The notes under the pieces: model-generated
The model's database searches: none
Seen by the model: the letters and a program-made list of their open reading frames with translations, nothing else
Told to the model about the DNA's origin: nothing
Origin: Gammaproteobacteria bacterium
GTDB taxonomy: Bacteria; Pseudomonadota; Gammaproteobacteria; Poriferisulfidales; GCA-002705445
Reading direction: 5' to 3'
Length of the DNA: 64,000 nucleotides
Assembly: GCA_018675635.1 (NCBI GenBank)
Contig: JABGXU010000008.1
Location: 2,544 to 66,543, forward strand
Program-made: the position numbers and the translations under genes
Part shown: one piece after another, positions 10,488 through 18,715 of the stretch
How positions within the stretch are numbered: position 1 is the stretch's first letter
How the letters are laid out: each line of letters begins with the position of its first letter

Positions 10488-12208
10488 GTAAGTTTGTGAA
10501 AGATATCATTAAAGATTTAATTAAAAAATCCCTAGATAAAATAGATAAAGATAATGGTATTTCAATTGAAAATATCGAAGTGGGTTTATGCAAAGATAAA
10601 AGATTTGGTGATTTCTCATCAAATATAGCTATGAAATTTTCTACAAGATTTGAATCTAATCCAAAAAAATTTGCTGAAAATATTATTAAGGAAATGCAAA
10701 ATAATGAGAATATTCTAAAAATTGAAATAGCTGGTCCAGGATTTATTAATTTCTTTACTTCTAAAGATACAAAATTTGCAGTTATTGAAAAAATATTAAA
10801 AGAAAAGCATTTATACGGGAGTAATTGCCTTGGCTCTAATTCAAAAGTATTAATTGAATTTGTTTCCGCTAATCCTACAGGCCCTCTGCATGTTGGACAT
10901 GGAAGAGGCGCAGTATTTGGAGATTGCATTTCAAGCTTACTGAAGGAAAACGGATACAATGTCACTAAGGAATACTATATTAATGACGCTGGCAAACAGA
11001 TAGATATCCTTACTATTTCTGTATTGCGAAGATATCATGAACTTATAGATAGTAATAAAGTATTTTCTTATGAAGATTTATATAAAGGTGAATATATTTG
11101 GGATATATCAGCAGACATTCACAGAAATTTTAATCTAGAATTTTATATAAAAAATCTGGAAAACTATAATAATAATTCTATAGACGAATTAATACATAAT
11201 ATTAAAAATAATCTTTCAATTGAAAGATTTAATAAAATAAAAGAAATTTCAGTAAATTTTATTCTTAAAGACATTAAAAAAACATTAAAGTTATCTGGTA
11301 TTAAATTTGACTCTTGGTTTTCTGAGTCTTTACTATTAAAAAATAACTCGTTAGATCTAATACTTAATTATTTAAATGAAAATAGTCACACATATAAGAA
11401 GGATGATGCATTATGGTTTAAGTCTAAAGATTCTGGAGACGAAAAAGATCGTGTTTTAATAAAAGAGAATAACGATCATACTTACCTTTCTACTGATATA
11501 GCTTATCATTATAATAAAATTAATAGAGATTATAGTAAAATAATAAATATATGGGGCGCAGATCATCACGGTTATATGGACAGGATAAAAGCAGCTTTTG
11601 ATATTTTTGCACAAAAAAAATCAAAACTTATAATTTTATTAGTCCAATTTGCAAATCTTTATCGAGGAACTGAAAAAATTTCTATGTCAACAAGATCTGG
11701 TGAATTCGTAACACTAGAACAACTAATAAAAGAAGTTGGCAAAGACGCAACTAGATTTTTTTACCTTACAAGAAAGTCTGATCAACATATGGATTTTGAT
11801 ATTGAATTAGCAAAATCTAATAACAACAACAATCCAGTTTACTATATTCAGTATGCCCATGCGAGAATATGTAGTATTTTTAAACAAGCTCAAGAAAATA
11901 AAATGCATTATAAATATGATAATAAATACCTAAGCCTACTAACTGAAGAATCAGAATTAAATATTATTAAAAAATTATCTTATTATCCAGATGTTATTAT
12001 AAGTTCAACTGAAAAATATGAGCCGCATTTATTAACTAATTACATGCGAGAACTTGCACAAGAAATACATTCATACTACAACAAATATCAAATACTAATA
12101 GCTGATGATAAATTAAGAAATGCAAGATTAGCGCTAATTGAAGCTGCTAAACATGTTTTTAAAAATAGTAGTAAAGTTATTGGGATAGGCATGCCAGAAA
12201 AAATGTAA
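10484..12208 (+). CDS. argS: Arginine-tRNA ligase
   Basis: EFVSANPTGPLHVGHGR, MSTRSGEFV and YYIQYAHARI motifs; TTG start overlaps the priA stop. Confidence 0.97.
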   Translation: MSKFVKDIIKDLIKKSLDKIDKDNGISIENIEVGLCKDKRFGDFSSNIAMKFSTRFESNPKKFAENIIKEMQNNENILKIEIAGPGFINFFTSKDTKFAVIEKILKEKHLYGSNCLGSNSKVLIEFVSANPTGPLHVGHGRGAVFGDCISSLLKENGYNVTKEYYINDAGKQIDILTISVLRRYHELIDSNKVFSYEDLYKGEYIWDISADIHRNFNLEFYIKNLENYNNNSIDELIHNIKNNLSIERFNKIKEISVNFILKDIKKTLKLSGIKFDSWFSESLLLKNNSLDLILNYLNENSHTYKKDDALWFKSKDSGDEKDRVLIKENNDHTYLSTDIAYHYNKINRDYSKIINIWGADHHGYMDRIKAAFDIFAQKKSKLIILLVQFANLYRGTEKISMSTRSGEFVTLEQLIKEVGKDATRFFYLTRKSDQHMDFDIELAKSNNNNNPVYYIQYAHARICSIFKQAQENKMHYKYDNKYLSLLTEESELNIIKKLSYYPDVIISSTEKYEPHLLTNYMRELAQEIHSYYNKYQILIADDKLRNARLALIEAAKHVFKNSSKVIGIGMPEKM

Positions 12209-12236
12209 TTTAATATGACAGAAATTAATAAATAAA

Positions 12237-12638
12237 ATGCTTAAAAGAATTGTAATTTTAATAATATTTATATTTTTTATATTTATATTTTTTTTATATC
12301 AAGCAAATGAATTAAATAGTTCTATTATTCTAAAATCAAATAAAACCATAGAATATTTATATAAATTACTACCAAATAAAAATATTTTAAAAGATGAAAA
12401 TATAAATAGTAAAATAGAATATTTTATACAATTAGGTGTATTTGCAAAACAGTATGAAGTCGATAGAATTAGAGCTAAAACATCATTATTAGGGCTTAAT
12501 ACTAATTTAAAGAATTATATGCTAAATGGAAAATTAACTACTAAAATTATTATAGGGCCGTTTAATAATAAAAAACTATTAGATAAAGCGTGTAAGTTGC
12601 TTAAAGATAATAGTATTGATTACATTATAATTAATTAA
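12237..12638 (+). CDS. SPOR-domain cell division protein (short FtsN-like)
   Basis: N-terminal [10 protein letters not shown] and IIIGPF SPOR signatures; follows argS as in many gammaproteobacteria. Confidence 0.75.
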   Translation: MLKRIVILIIFIFFIFIFFLYQANELNSSIILKSNKTIEYLYKLLPNKNILKDENINSKIEYFIQLGVFAKQYEVDRIRAKTSLLGLNTNLKNYMLNGKLTTKIIIGPFNNKKLLDKACKLLKDNSIDYIIIN

Positions 12639-12642
12639 TAAA

Positions 12643-13683
12643 ATGAATAATATTAAAGTTGCTAATAATTCTTTTCCTAAAACTATCGATGTCTTAAATA
12701 GTTCTCCTGTTTATGATGCAAAAATAAAAGAAGAGAAAATTAATTTAATAAAAGAACTTCTTCTTGAAAAAGACGCTAAAATAATAGCACATTATTACAC
12801 TCACGAAGACATCCAAGAAGTTGCAGAGCTTACTGGCGGAAACGTATCTGATTCTCTCGAAATGGCTAAATTTGGTGCTAATCAGAGCTCTAAGGTGTTA
12901 ATTGTTGCCGGTGTAAGGTTTATGGGTGAAACAGCAAAAATATTAAATCCTGAGAAAAAAATATTAATGCCAACTCTTGAAGCTGAATGCTCTCTTGATA
13001 TTAATTGCCATGCCCCTGATCTTCTTAAATTTTGTGAAAAATATCCTGATAGAAAGTTAGTAGTTTATGCAAATACAAGTGCAGAAGTTAAAGCTATGGC
13101 AGACTGGGTAGTTACATCAAGTATTGCTGTAAGACTAATTGAATACCTAAAAGAAAAAAATATCAAAATAATTTGGGCTCCCGATAAACATCTTGGTAAT
13201 TATATAAATCAAAAAACTAAAGCTGATATGAAAATATGGAATGCAAGTTGTATAGTTCATGAAGAATTTAAAGCAAACTTGTTAGTGAAATTGATAAAAG
13301 AAAATAAGGATGCTGCTGTTTTAGTTCACCCAGAATCAAATTTAGATATTATTAAACTTGCAGACATAGTTGGCTCTACTTCTCAACTAATTGATGCATG
13401 TAGAAAACTACCGAATAAAAAAATAATTGTTGCTACAGACAATAGAATTTTTTATAAAATGCGCCAAGCTGCTCCTAACAAAATACTTATAGAAGCACCA
13501 ACAGGAGGTGAAGGAGCAGCTTGCATAAGTTGCGCGCATTGTCCTTGGATGGCTATGAATAATCTTGATAATTTAATTGACACCCTTATTAATGAAAAAA
13601 ATGAAATTATAATAAATGAAGATATTAGAAAAAAAGCATATATATCTACTAACAGAATGATTGATTTTGCAAAAAATTTATAA
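12643..13683 (+). CDS. nadA: Quinolinate synthase
   Basis: [30 protein letters not shown] and [10 protein letters not shown] motifs. Confidence 0.97.
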   Translation: MNNIKVANNSFPKTIDVLNSSPVYDAKIKEEKINLIKELLLEKDAKIIAHYYTHEDIQEVAELTGGNVSDSLEMAKFGANQSSKVLIVAGVRFMGETAKILNPEKKILMPTLEAECSLDINCHAPDLLKFCEKYPDRKLVVYANTSAEVKAMADWVVTSSIAVRLIEYLKEKNIKIIWAPDKHLGNYINQKTKADMKIWNASCIVHEEFKANLLVKLIKENKDAAVLVHPESNLDIIKLADIVGSTSQLIDACRKLPNKKIIVATDNRIFYKMRQAAPNKILIEAPTGGEGAACISCAHCPWMAMNNLDNLIDTLINEKNEIIINEDIRKKAYISTNRMIDFAKNL

Positions 13684-13698
13684 TTAATTGTAAAAATT

Positions 13699-13731
13699 AA
13701 CAAAACCATGTGCATGTATCATATGCACACG
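13699..13731 (-). terminator. Terminator hairpin between convergent nadA and amtB
   Basis: Minus strand CGTGTGCAT-N7-ATGCACATG stem followed by GTTTTGTT. Confidence 0.6.
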
Positions 13732-13750
13732 TCACTGTTGAAAAAATATT

Positions 13751-15058
13751 TTACTTTACAAACTCAGGGTATGCTTCCATTCCACACTCTGCTACATCCA
13801 CACCAACATGCTCTTCTTCTGAAGATACTCTGATACCTATAACTGCTTTGAGTATTCCCCAAAATATTAATGCCATTATAAATGTCCAGGAAAATATAGT
13901 TATTACTCCATATAACTGTGTTGTTAATGTTGCGCTTGTATTAGAAAAAACTACAGCTATTAATCCCCATATACCACATGTGCCATGAGCAGATATAGCT
14001 CCTACAGGATCATCAATTTTAGATTTATCTAGTACAATAATTGATATAACGACAAGTATTCCCCCAATTGCTCCAATTATTGCTGCAAGCTCTGGAGATG
14101 GTGTTAACGGCTCTGCTGTAATAGAAACAAGACCTCCAATTGCTCCATTTAAAGACATCGATAAATCATACTTTCCAAATAAAAGTTTTGCGAATAATAA
14201 TGCTGCTATAACACCACCTGCAGCTGCAGCATTTGTATTAACAAATATCAAAGAAACAGCATTTGCTTCTCCTATATTTTGAATCATGAATCCAGATCCG
14301 CCATTAAATCCAAACCAACCTAACCATAAAATAAATGTTCCTAATGTTGCTAATGGCATATTGGCGCCTGGTATTGCGTTGATTTTTCCATTTACATATT
14401 TTCCTTTTCTTGCTCCTAGCAATAAAACACCTGCTAATGCAGCAGCAGCTCCACATAAGTGAACTACGCCAGATCCAGCAAAATCCTGAAAACCCATTAC
14501 ATTTAAAAAACCTCCACCCCATTTCCAATAACCTTGAATAGGATAAATTAATCCTGTCATAATTACGCAAAATAATAAAAAAGATGACAATTTCATTCTT
14601 TCAGCAACGGCACCAGAAACAATAGACATAGCTACTACAACAAATAGTACTTGAAAGAAAAAATAAGATAATCTTGAATAATGTACATCGCCATTACTAG
14701 TTAATACATCTACTGTAGCATTATCACTACTACCTAGTAAAAAACTAGCAGTTGGTATCACTCCATCACCTAAAAAACCTAAAGTTGGTATCACTCCATC
14801 ACCTAAAAAACCTAAAGCTGGTATTACTGCGTCACCAGCAGTTGGATACATTAAGTTAAATCCAACAAGCATATACATAATTGAGGCTATAGAATACAAA
14901 GCAATATTCTTTGTCAAAATCTCAACAGTACTTTTAGATTGTACTAATCCAGCCTCACGCATTGAGAAACCTGCTGCCATCCACATTACGAAGCCACCCA
15001 TTACAAGTAAATAAAAGGTGTCCAGCGCATATGCTAATTCAATAAATTGTCCTTCCAT
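13751..15058 (-). CDS. amtB: Ammonium transporter
   Basis: SGAVAER, DFAGSGVVH, LWLGWFGFNGGS and DDPVGAISAHG (twin His present); downstream of glnK. Confidence 0.95.
   Translation of the reverse strand: MEGQFIELAYALDTFYLLVMGGFVMWMAAGFSMREAGLVQSKSTVEILTKNIALYSIASIMYMLVGFNLMYPTAGDAVIPALGFLGDGVIPTLGFLGDGVIPTASFLLGSSDNATVDVLTSNGDVHYSRLSYFFFQVLFVVVAMSIVSGAVAERMKLSSFLLFCVIMTGLIYPIQGYWKWGGGFLNVMGFQDFAGSGVVHLCGAAAALAGVLLLGARKGKYVNGKINAIPGANMPLATLGTFILWLGWFGFNGGSGFMIQNIGEANAVSLIFVNTNAAAAGGVIAALLFAKLLFGKYDLSMSLNGAIGGLVSITAEPLTPSPELAAIIGAIGGILVVISIIVLDKSKIDDPVGAISAHGTCGIWGLIAVVFSNTSATLTTQLYGVITIFSWTFIMALIFWGILKAVIGIRVSSEEEHVGVDVAECGMEAYPEFVK
14750..14817. repeat. Perfect 33-bp tandem duplication inside amtB, with a degenerate third copy to ~14836
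   Basis: AGTTGGTATCACTCCATCACCTAAAAAACCTAA x2, encoding LGFLGDGVIPT twice. Confidence 0.95.
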
Positions 15059-15096
15059 AATTTAAACCTCATTGTTAATTATTTATTGTTAATCAT

Positions 15097-15450
<354 letters not shown>

Positions 15451-15468
15451 TTAAATAGCATATATATA

Positions 15469-15484
15469 TGCATTAATCATGCCA
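15469..15484 (-). promoter_or_regulatory. sigma54 (-24/-12) promoter of glnK-amtB
   Basis: TGGCATGATTAATGCA, an exact GG-N10-GC spacing, 34 nt upstream of the glnK ATG. Confidence 0.8.
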
Positions 15485-15580
15485 ATATTTATATTTTTAC
15501 AAATAAAGTTCTAATGTAGGTGCTTATTTTCTTATACATAAATAAAGGTTAAGTTTTTTGTTTCCAGCATTTAAATTATG

Positions 15581-15597
15581 TGCACTTTTTTAGTGCG
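15581..15597. promoter_or_regulatory. NtrC-binding site
   Basis: TGCAC-N7-GTGCG matches TGCAC-N7-GTGCA, ~100 bp upstream of the sigma54 element. Confidence 0.75.
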
Positions 15598-15620
15598 GAC
15601 ATTTACAGTATACCTCTAGC

Positions 15621-15647
15621 AAAAAAAAAGGAAAGGTTGACCTTCCC
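15621..15647 (-). terminator. Orphan Rho-independent terminator
   Basis: Minus strand GGGAAGG-TCAA-CCTTTCC followed by T9; no adjacent upstream CDS on this strand. Confidence 0.7.
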
Positions 15648-15881
15648 CCAGTAGTTTGCCAATTTCTATAAATTCATTTATTTTTATAGGATCGACTTCT
15701 CAGGGAGTCTTTTAGAGTTTTATGTTTAAAAATTTAAAATATATTAAAATATTTACTTATAATAATTATCAAGTATTATCATATTTTAATATTAATTATA
15801 ATTTTGGTATTTCATATACCAAAAAAAATATTTATAGGGTATTATTAAAAACTAAATTTCACTTACAAATAAGATTAAGAT

Positions 15882-16124
15882 ATGTTCAAATTTGACCCAA
15901 AAAACGTTGATGAGATAGCAAATAAAATAAAAAATATAATGCCTGAATCTCTAAAGACCTCTAAGGAAGAAATGCAAAAAACACTTAAATCAGGTGCAGA
16001 AGGAGTATTACAAAAATTAGATTTGGTCTCTCGAGAAGAATATGATGTTCAGGTTGCTCTTTTAAAAAAATGTCAAAAAAAAATAAAAGAATTAGAAGCT
16101 AAAATAACCTCATTAAAAAAATAA
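15882..16124 (+). CDS. ubiK: Ubiquinone biosynthesis accessory factor UbiK (YqiC/BMFP family)
   Basis: LQKLDLVSREEYDVQ motif plus coiled coil; divergent from glnK, a known arrangement. Confidence 0.88.
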   Translation: MFKFDPKNVDEIANKIKNIMPESLKTSKEEMQKTLKSGAEGVLQKLDLVSREEYDVQVALLKKCQKKIKELEAKITSLKK

Positions 16125-16138
16125 AAATAATAATAAGA

Positions 16139-16612
16139 TTATTTAACTGATTCTAAAATATAATCTACACCAAACTTTATTAGTTTATCAGATAGGTCTG
16201 GTCTTCCGCCTTTAGCAGGCATAGCACCAATTCCTTTGATTGCATTCGCGTACAAAACTTCTTTACCTTTTCCTAATCTTATTTGCCATGCAGGTTTGTC
16301 ACCATATTTTGGAGAATTTAATACACCTGTAGTATGACAAGTTTGACATACAGCATTATAAATTTCTTCGCCATTATTATATGGATCAATTTGTGAAGTT
16401 TTAGTATTAGATTTTTGTAATTTTTCATTTGAATCAGAGTAATTTAATTTTCCAACTGGCTTTATCCTGCTTTCAATAGAATTAGAAGTAAATTCATCTG
16501 ACTTACTTAAATCTGGAGTTACAACTTGCGCAATAAAAAAAATTGCAAAAAAGATTATTAACAAAACACCCATAACGGCAAGGAAGAATGTTATAAATTG
16601 TTTATCGTTCAT
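16139..16612 (-). CDS. Cytochrome c5 family protein
   Basis: N-terminal TM, RIKPVG, CQTCH heme site, PKYGDKPAW and MPAKGG motifs. Confidence 0.92.
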   Translation of the reverse strand: MNDKQFITFFLAVMGVLLIIFFAIFFIAQVVTPDLSKSDEFTSNSIESRIKPVGKLNYSDSNEKLQKSNTKTSQIDPYNNGEEIYNAVCQTCHTTGVLNSPKYGDKPAWQIRLGKGKEVLYANAIKGIGAMPAKGGRPDLSDKLIKFGVDYILESVK

Positions 16613-16652
16613 TAAGTATCCCTTATTTTACATATCATTATTTATCATTAAT

Positions 16653-16728
16653 TGGAGCGCCTAATAGGAATTGAACCTATATCTCCAGCTCCGGAGGCTA
16701 ACGCTCTATCCATTTGAGCTATAGGCGC
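16653..16728 (-). tRNA. tRNA-Arg(CCG)
   Basis: 76-nt cloverleaf: GCGCCTA/TAGGCGC acceptor stem, CT-CCG-GA anticodon loop, TTCAATT T-loop, encoded CCA. Confidence 0.93.
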
Positions 16729-16736
16729 ACACATCA

Positions 16737-17372
16737 TTACTTCGCCTTCTTTGACCGCTCAAGCTCTATAATATAATCAGTTATTTCTATCATTCTCTCA
16801 TAAGTTTTTGCCATACTACCAGAAATTTTATACTTATCGTTTATAATAATTGCTGGCACACTATCAATTTTATAAGTTTCAAGCAAATAATTTGCTTCTT
16901 GAACTTTTTTTGAAACACCTTCTGAAGAAAAAATCTTTGTTGCTTTTTTAGTGTCGACACCCTGACTATCCAAAAACTTCATTATTGATTCCATAGATGA
17001 AAATGTTCTTTGTTGCTCATGATATGCATAAAAAAAGTTTTTATGTAAATCATGAAAATTATCTAATTCGCGCATTGTATAAAATGCTCTTGCATGCAGT
17101 AACCATGGCTTATTAAAAACTACAGGCATATTTATAAAATTAATATCCTTGGAATCTTTTTTCCCCCAATCTGACAAAAAATCTTCAAAAATATAACAAT
17201 GGGGGCATCCATACCAAAATGCTTCAACAACTAATATTTTATCAATCTTATTTAATTCATATGATGAAGGATCATTATGCATTAACTCATAATCAATTCC
17301 CTGCTCAAATTTATCTTCCGCATTTAATGTTGCTACAAAGATAATAAATATAACTAATATTTTTTTAATCAT
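16737..17372 (-). CDS. dsbA: Thiol:disulfide interchange protein DsbA
   Basis: Signal peptide, FWYGCPHC active site and cis-Pro loop SVPA. Confidence 0.93.
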   Translation of the reverse strand: MIKKILVIFIIFVATLNAEDKFEQGIDYELMHNDPSSYELNKIDKILVVEAFWYGCPHCYIFEDFLSDWGKKDSKDINFINMPVVFNKPWLLHARAFYTMRELDNFHDLHKNFFYAYHEQQRTFSSMESIMKFLDSQGVDTKKATKIFSSEGVSKKVQEANYLLETYKIDSVPAIIINDKYKISGSMAKTYERMIEITDYIIELERSKKAK

Positions 17373-17387
17373 AATTTCTTAATAACC

Positions 17388-18032
17388 TTAATATAAGCCC
17401 TGGAGGTATTCTGAAAGTCCTTTCATTTCTATATTTGATAACTTAAACGATATGCTGCTCATGATTGAATAATTTTTACTAATTAAATGCCTATCATCAT
17501 AACTTTCTTTATAATTTTTTAATCTATTTAATAAATATGCTGAATGTTGACCTGAAATTTTTGGATAACCAGTGCGGTCTATACCTAAACCTTTGGGCCC
17601 ATGACATGATATGCATGCTGGGATTCCTCTATCCAAAATCCCACCACGATAAATACTTTCGCCTAATCTTATAATTTTTTCTCCTGCTTGGACTTTACCC
17701 TTTTTCCCTTGCAAACTATTATAATAACTTGCTAAATCAATAATATCTTGATCAGATAAATTCATAGCTTGTGCATTCATTAGTGCATTTTTTCTAATTC
17801 CATCTCTAAACATATGAAGCTGATCAATTAAATATCTTTTACTCTGTTGAGATAAATTAGGCCACTCAGGATTATTACTATTTCCACCAACACCATGACA
17901 AGCGATACAGATCTGAGCTTTCTCTTTGCCTGCTTTTATAGGACCACCGTGGTGGTCTGCAAGAGCAAGGGTTGGTAACAATAGTAAAAAAAGGCATATT
18001 TTATGTACCTTAAATAAAGGTTTATTTAGCAT
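17388..18032 (-). CDS. Diheme cytochrome c4
   Basis: Signal peptide and two CXXCH motifs (CIACH, CISCH); lies between engB and dsbA as usual. Confidence 0.92.
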   Translation of the reverse strand: MLNKPLFKVHKICLFLLLLPTLALADHHGGPIKAGKEKAQICIACHGVGGNSNNPEWPNLSQQSKRYLIDQLHMFRDGIRKNALMNAQAMNLSDQDIIDLASYYNSLQGKKGKVQAGEKIIRLGESIYRGGILDRGIPACISCHGPKGLGIDRTGYPKISGQHSAYLLNRLKNYKESYDDRHLISKNYSIMSSISFKLSNIEMKGLSEYLQGLY

Positions 18033-18118
18033 TTATTCTCCTCTAATTTATTTCTTAATTCCATTTTCAAACATTGTATACTATTTTGAAAAAAACCAAT
18101 ATATTAATAGTAATAAAA

Positions 18119-18715
18119 ATGACATTAATAATAAAAAAATCAGATTTTGTAAAAAGTGCTACAAAACCTACTCACTATCCAGAAGATATTTTCCCAGAAT
18201 TCTTTTTTGCAGGTAAATCAAATTCTGGAAAATCCAGTATGCTTAATAAAATATGCAATAGGAAAAAATTAGCAATTACAAGCAAAACCCCAGGAAGGAC
18301 ACAATTAATAAATTATTTCATTATTAATAATAATATTAGTTTTGTAGATATCCCAGGGTATGGTTATGCAAGTACTCCAAAAAACATCACTGCTTCTTGG
18401 GAGAAAATGGTTCTTAATTATATTTCAAATCGTAAGTTTATTGTAAGCATGTTTATTGCTGTAGATATAAGAAGAGGTATTGAGAAATTAGACATTTCAA
18501 TGATTAACTTATGTTCTGATTTTAGCGTTTCAGCAAATATTATGTTAACTAAATCTGATAAAGTTAATAATAATGAAAAAACAAAAATGAAAAATAAAAC
18601 TATAAAAGATTTAAAGAATTTTAATAATATAATTAATATACAAACTTTTTCTGCTAAAAATGGTGATGGTGTTAAAGAAGCATTAGATTCTATTAGTGAG
18701 CATCTCCCCAGTTAA
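18119..18715 (+). CDS. engB: Ribosome biogenesis GTPase YihA/EngB
   Basis: GKSNSGKSS, SKTPGRTQLIN, DIPGYGYA and TKSDK motifs; ATG at 18119 chosen as start. Confidence 0.95.
   Translation: MTLIIKKSDFVKSATKPTHYPEDIFPEFFFAGKSNSGKSSMLNKICNRKKLAITSKTPGRTQLINYFIINNNISFVDIPGYGYASTPKNITASWEKMVLNYISNRKFIVSMFIAVDIRRGIEKLDISMINLCSDFSVSANIMLTKSDKVNNNEKTKMKNKTIKDLKNFNNIINIQTFSAKNGDGVKEALDSISEHLPS

Noticed and set aside
15578..15619. 13-codon ORF MCTFLVRTFTVYL in the glnK upstream region
   Set aside because: No RBS; overlaps the NtrC palindrome, which explains the sequence better
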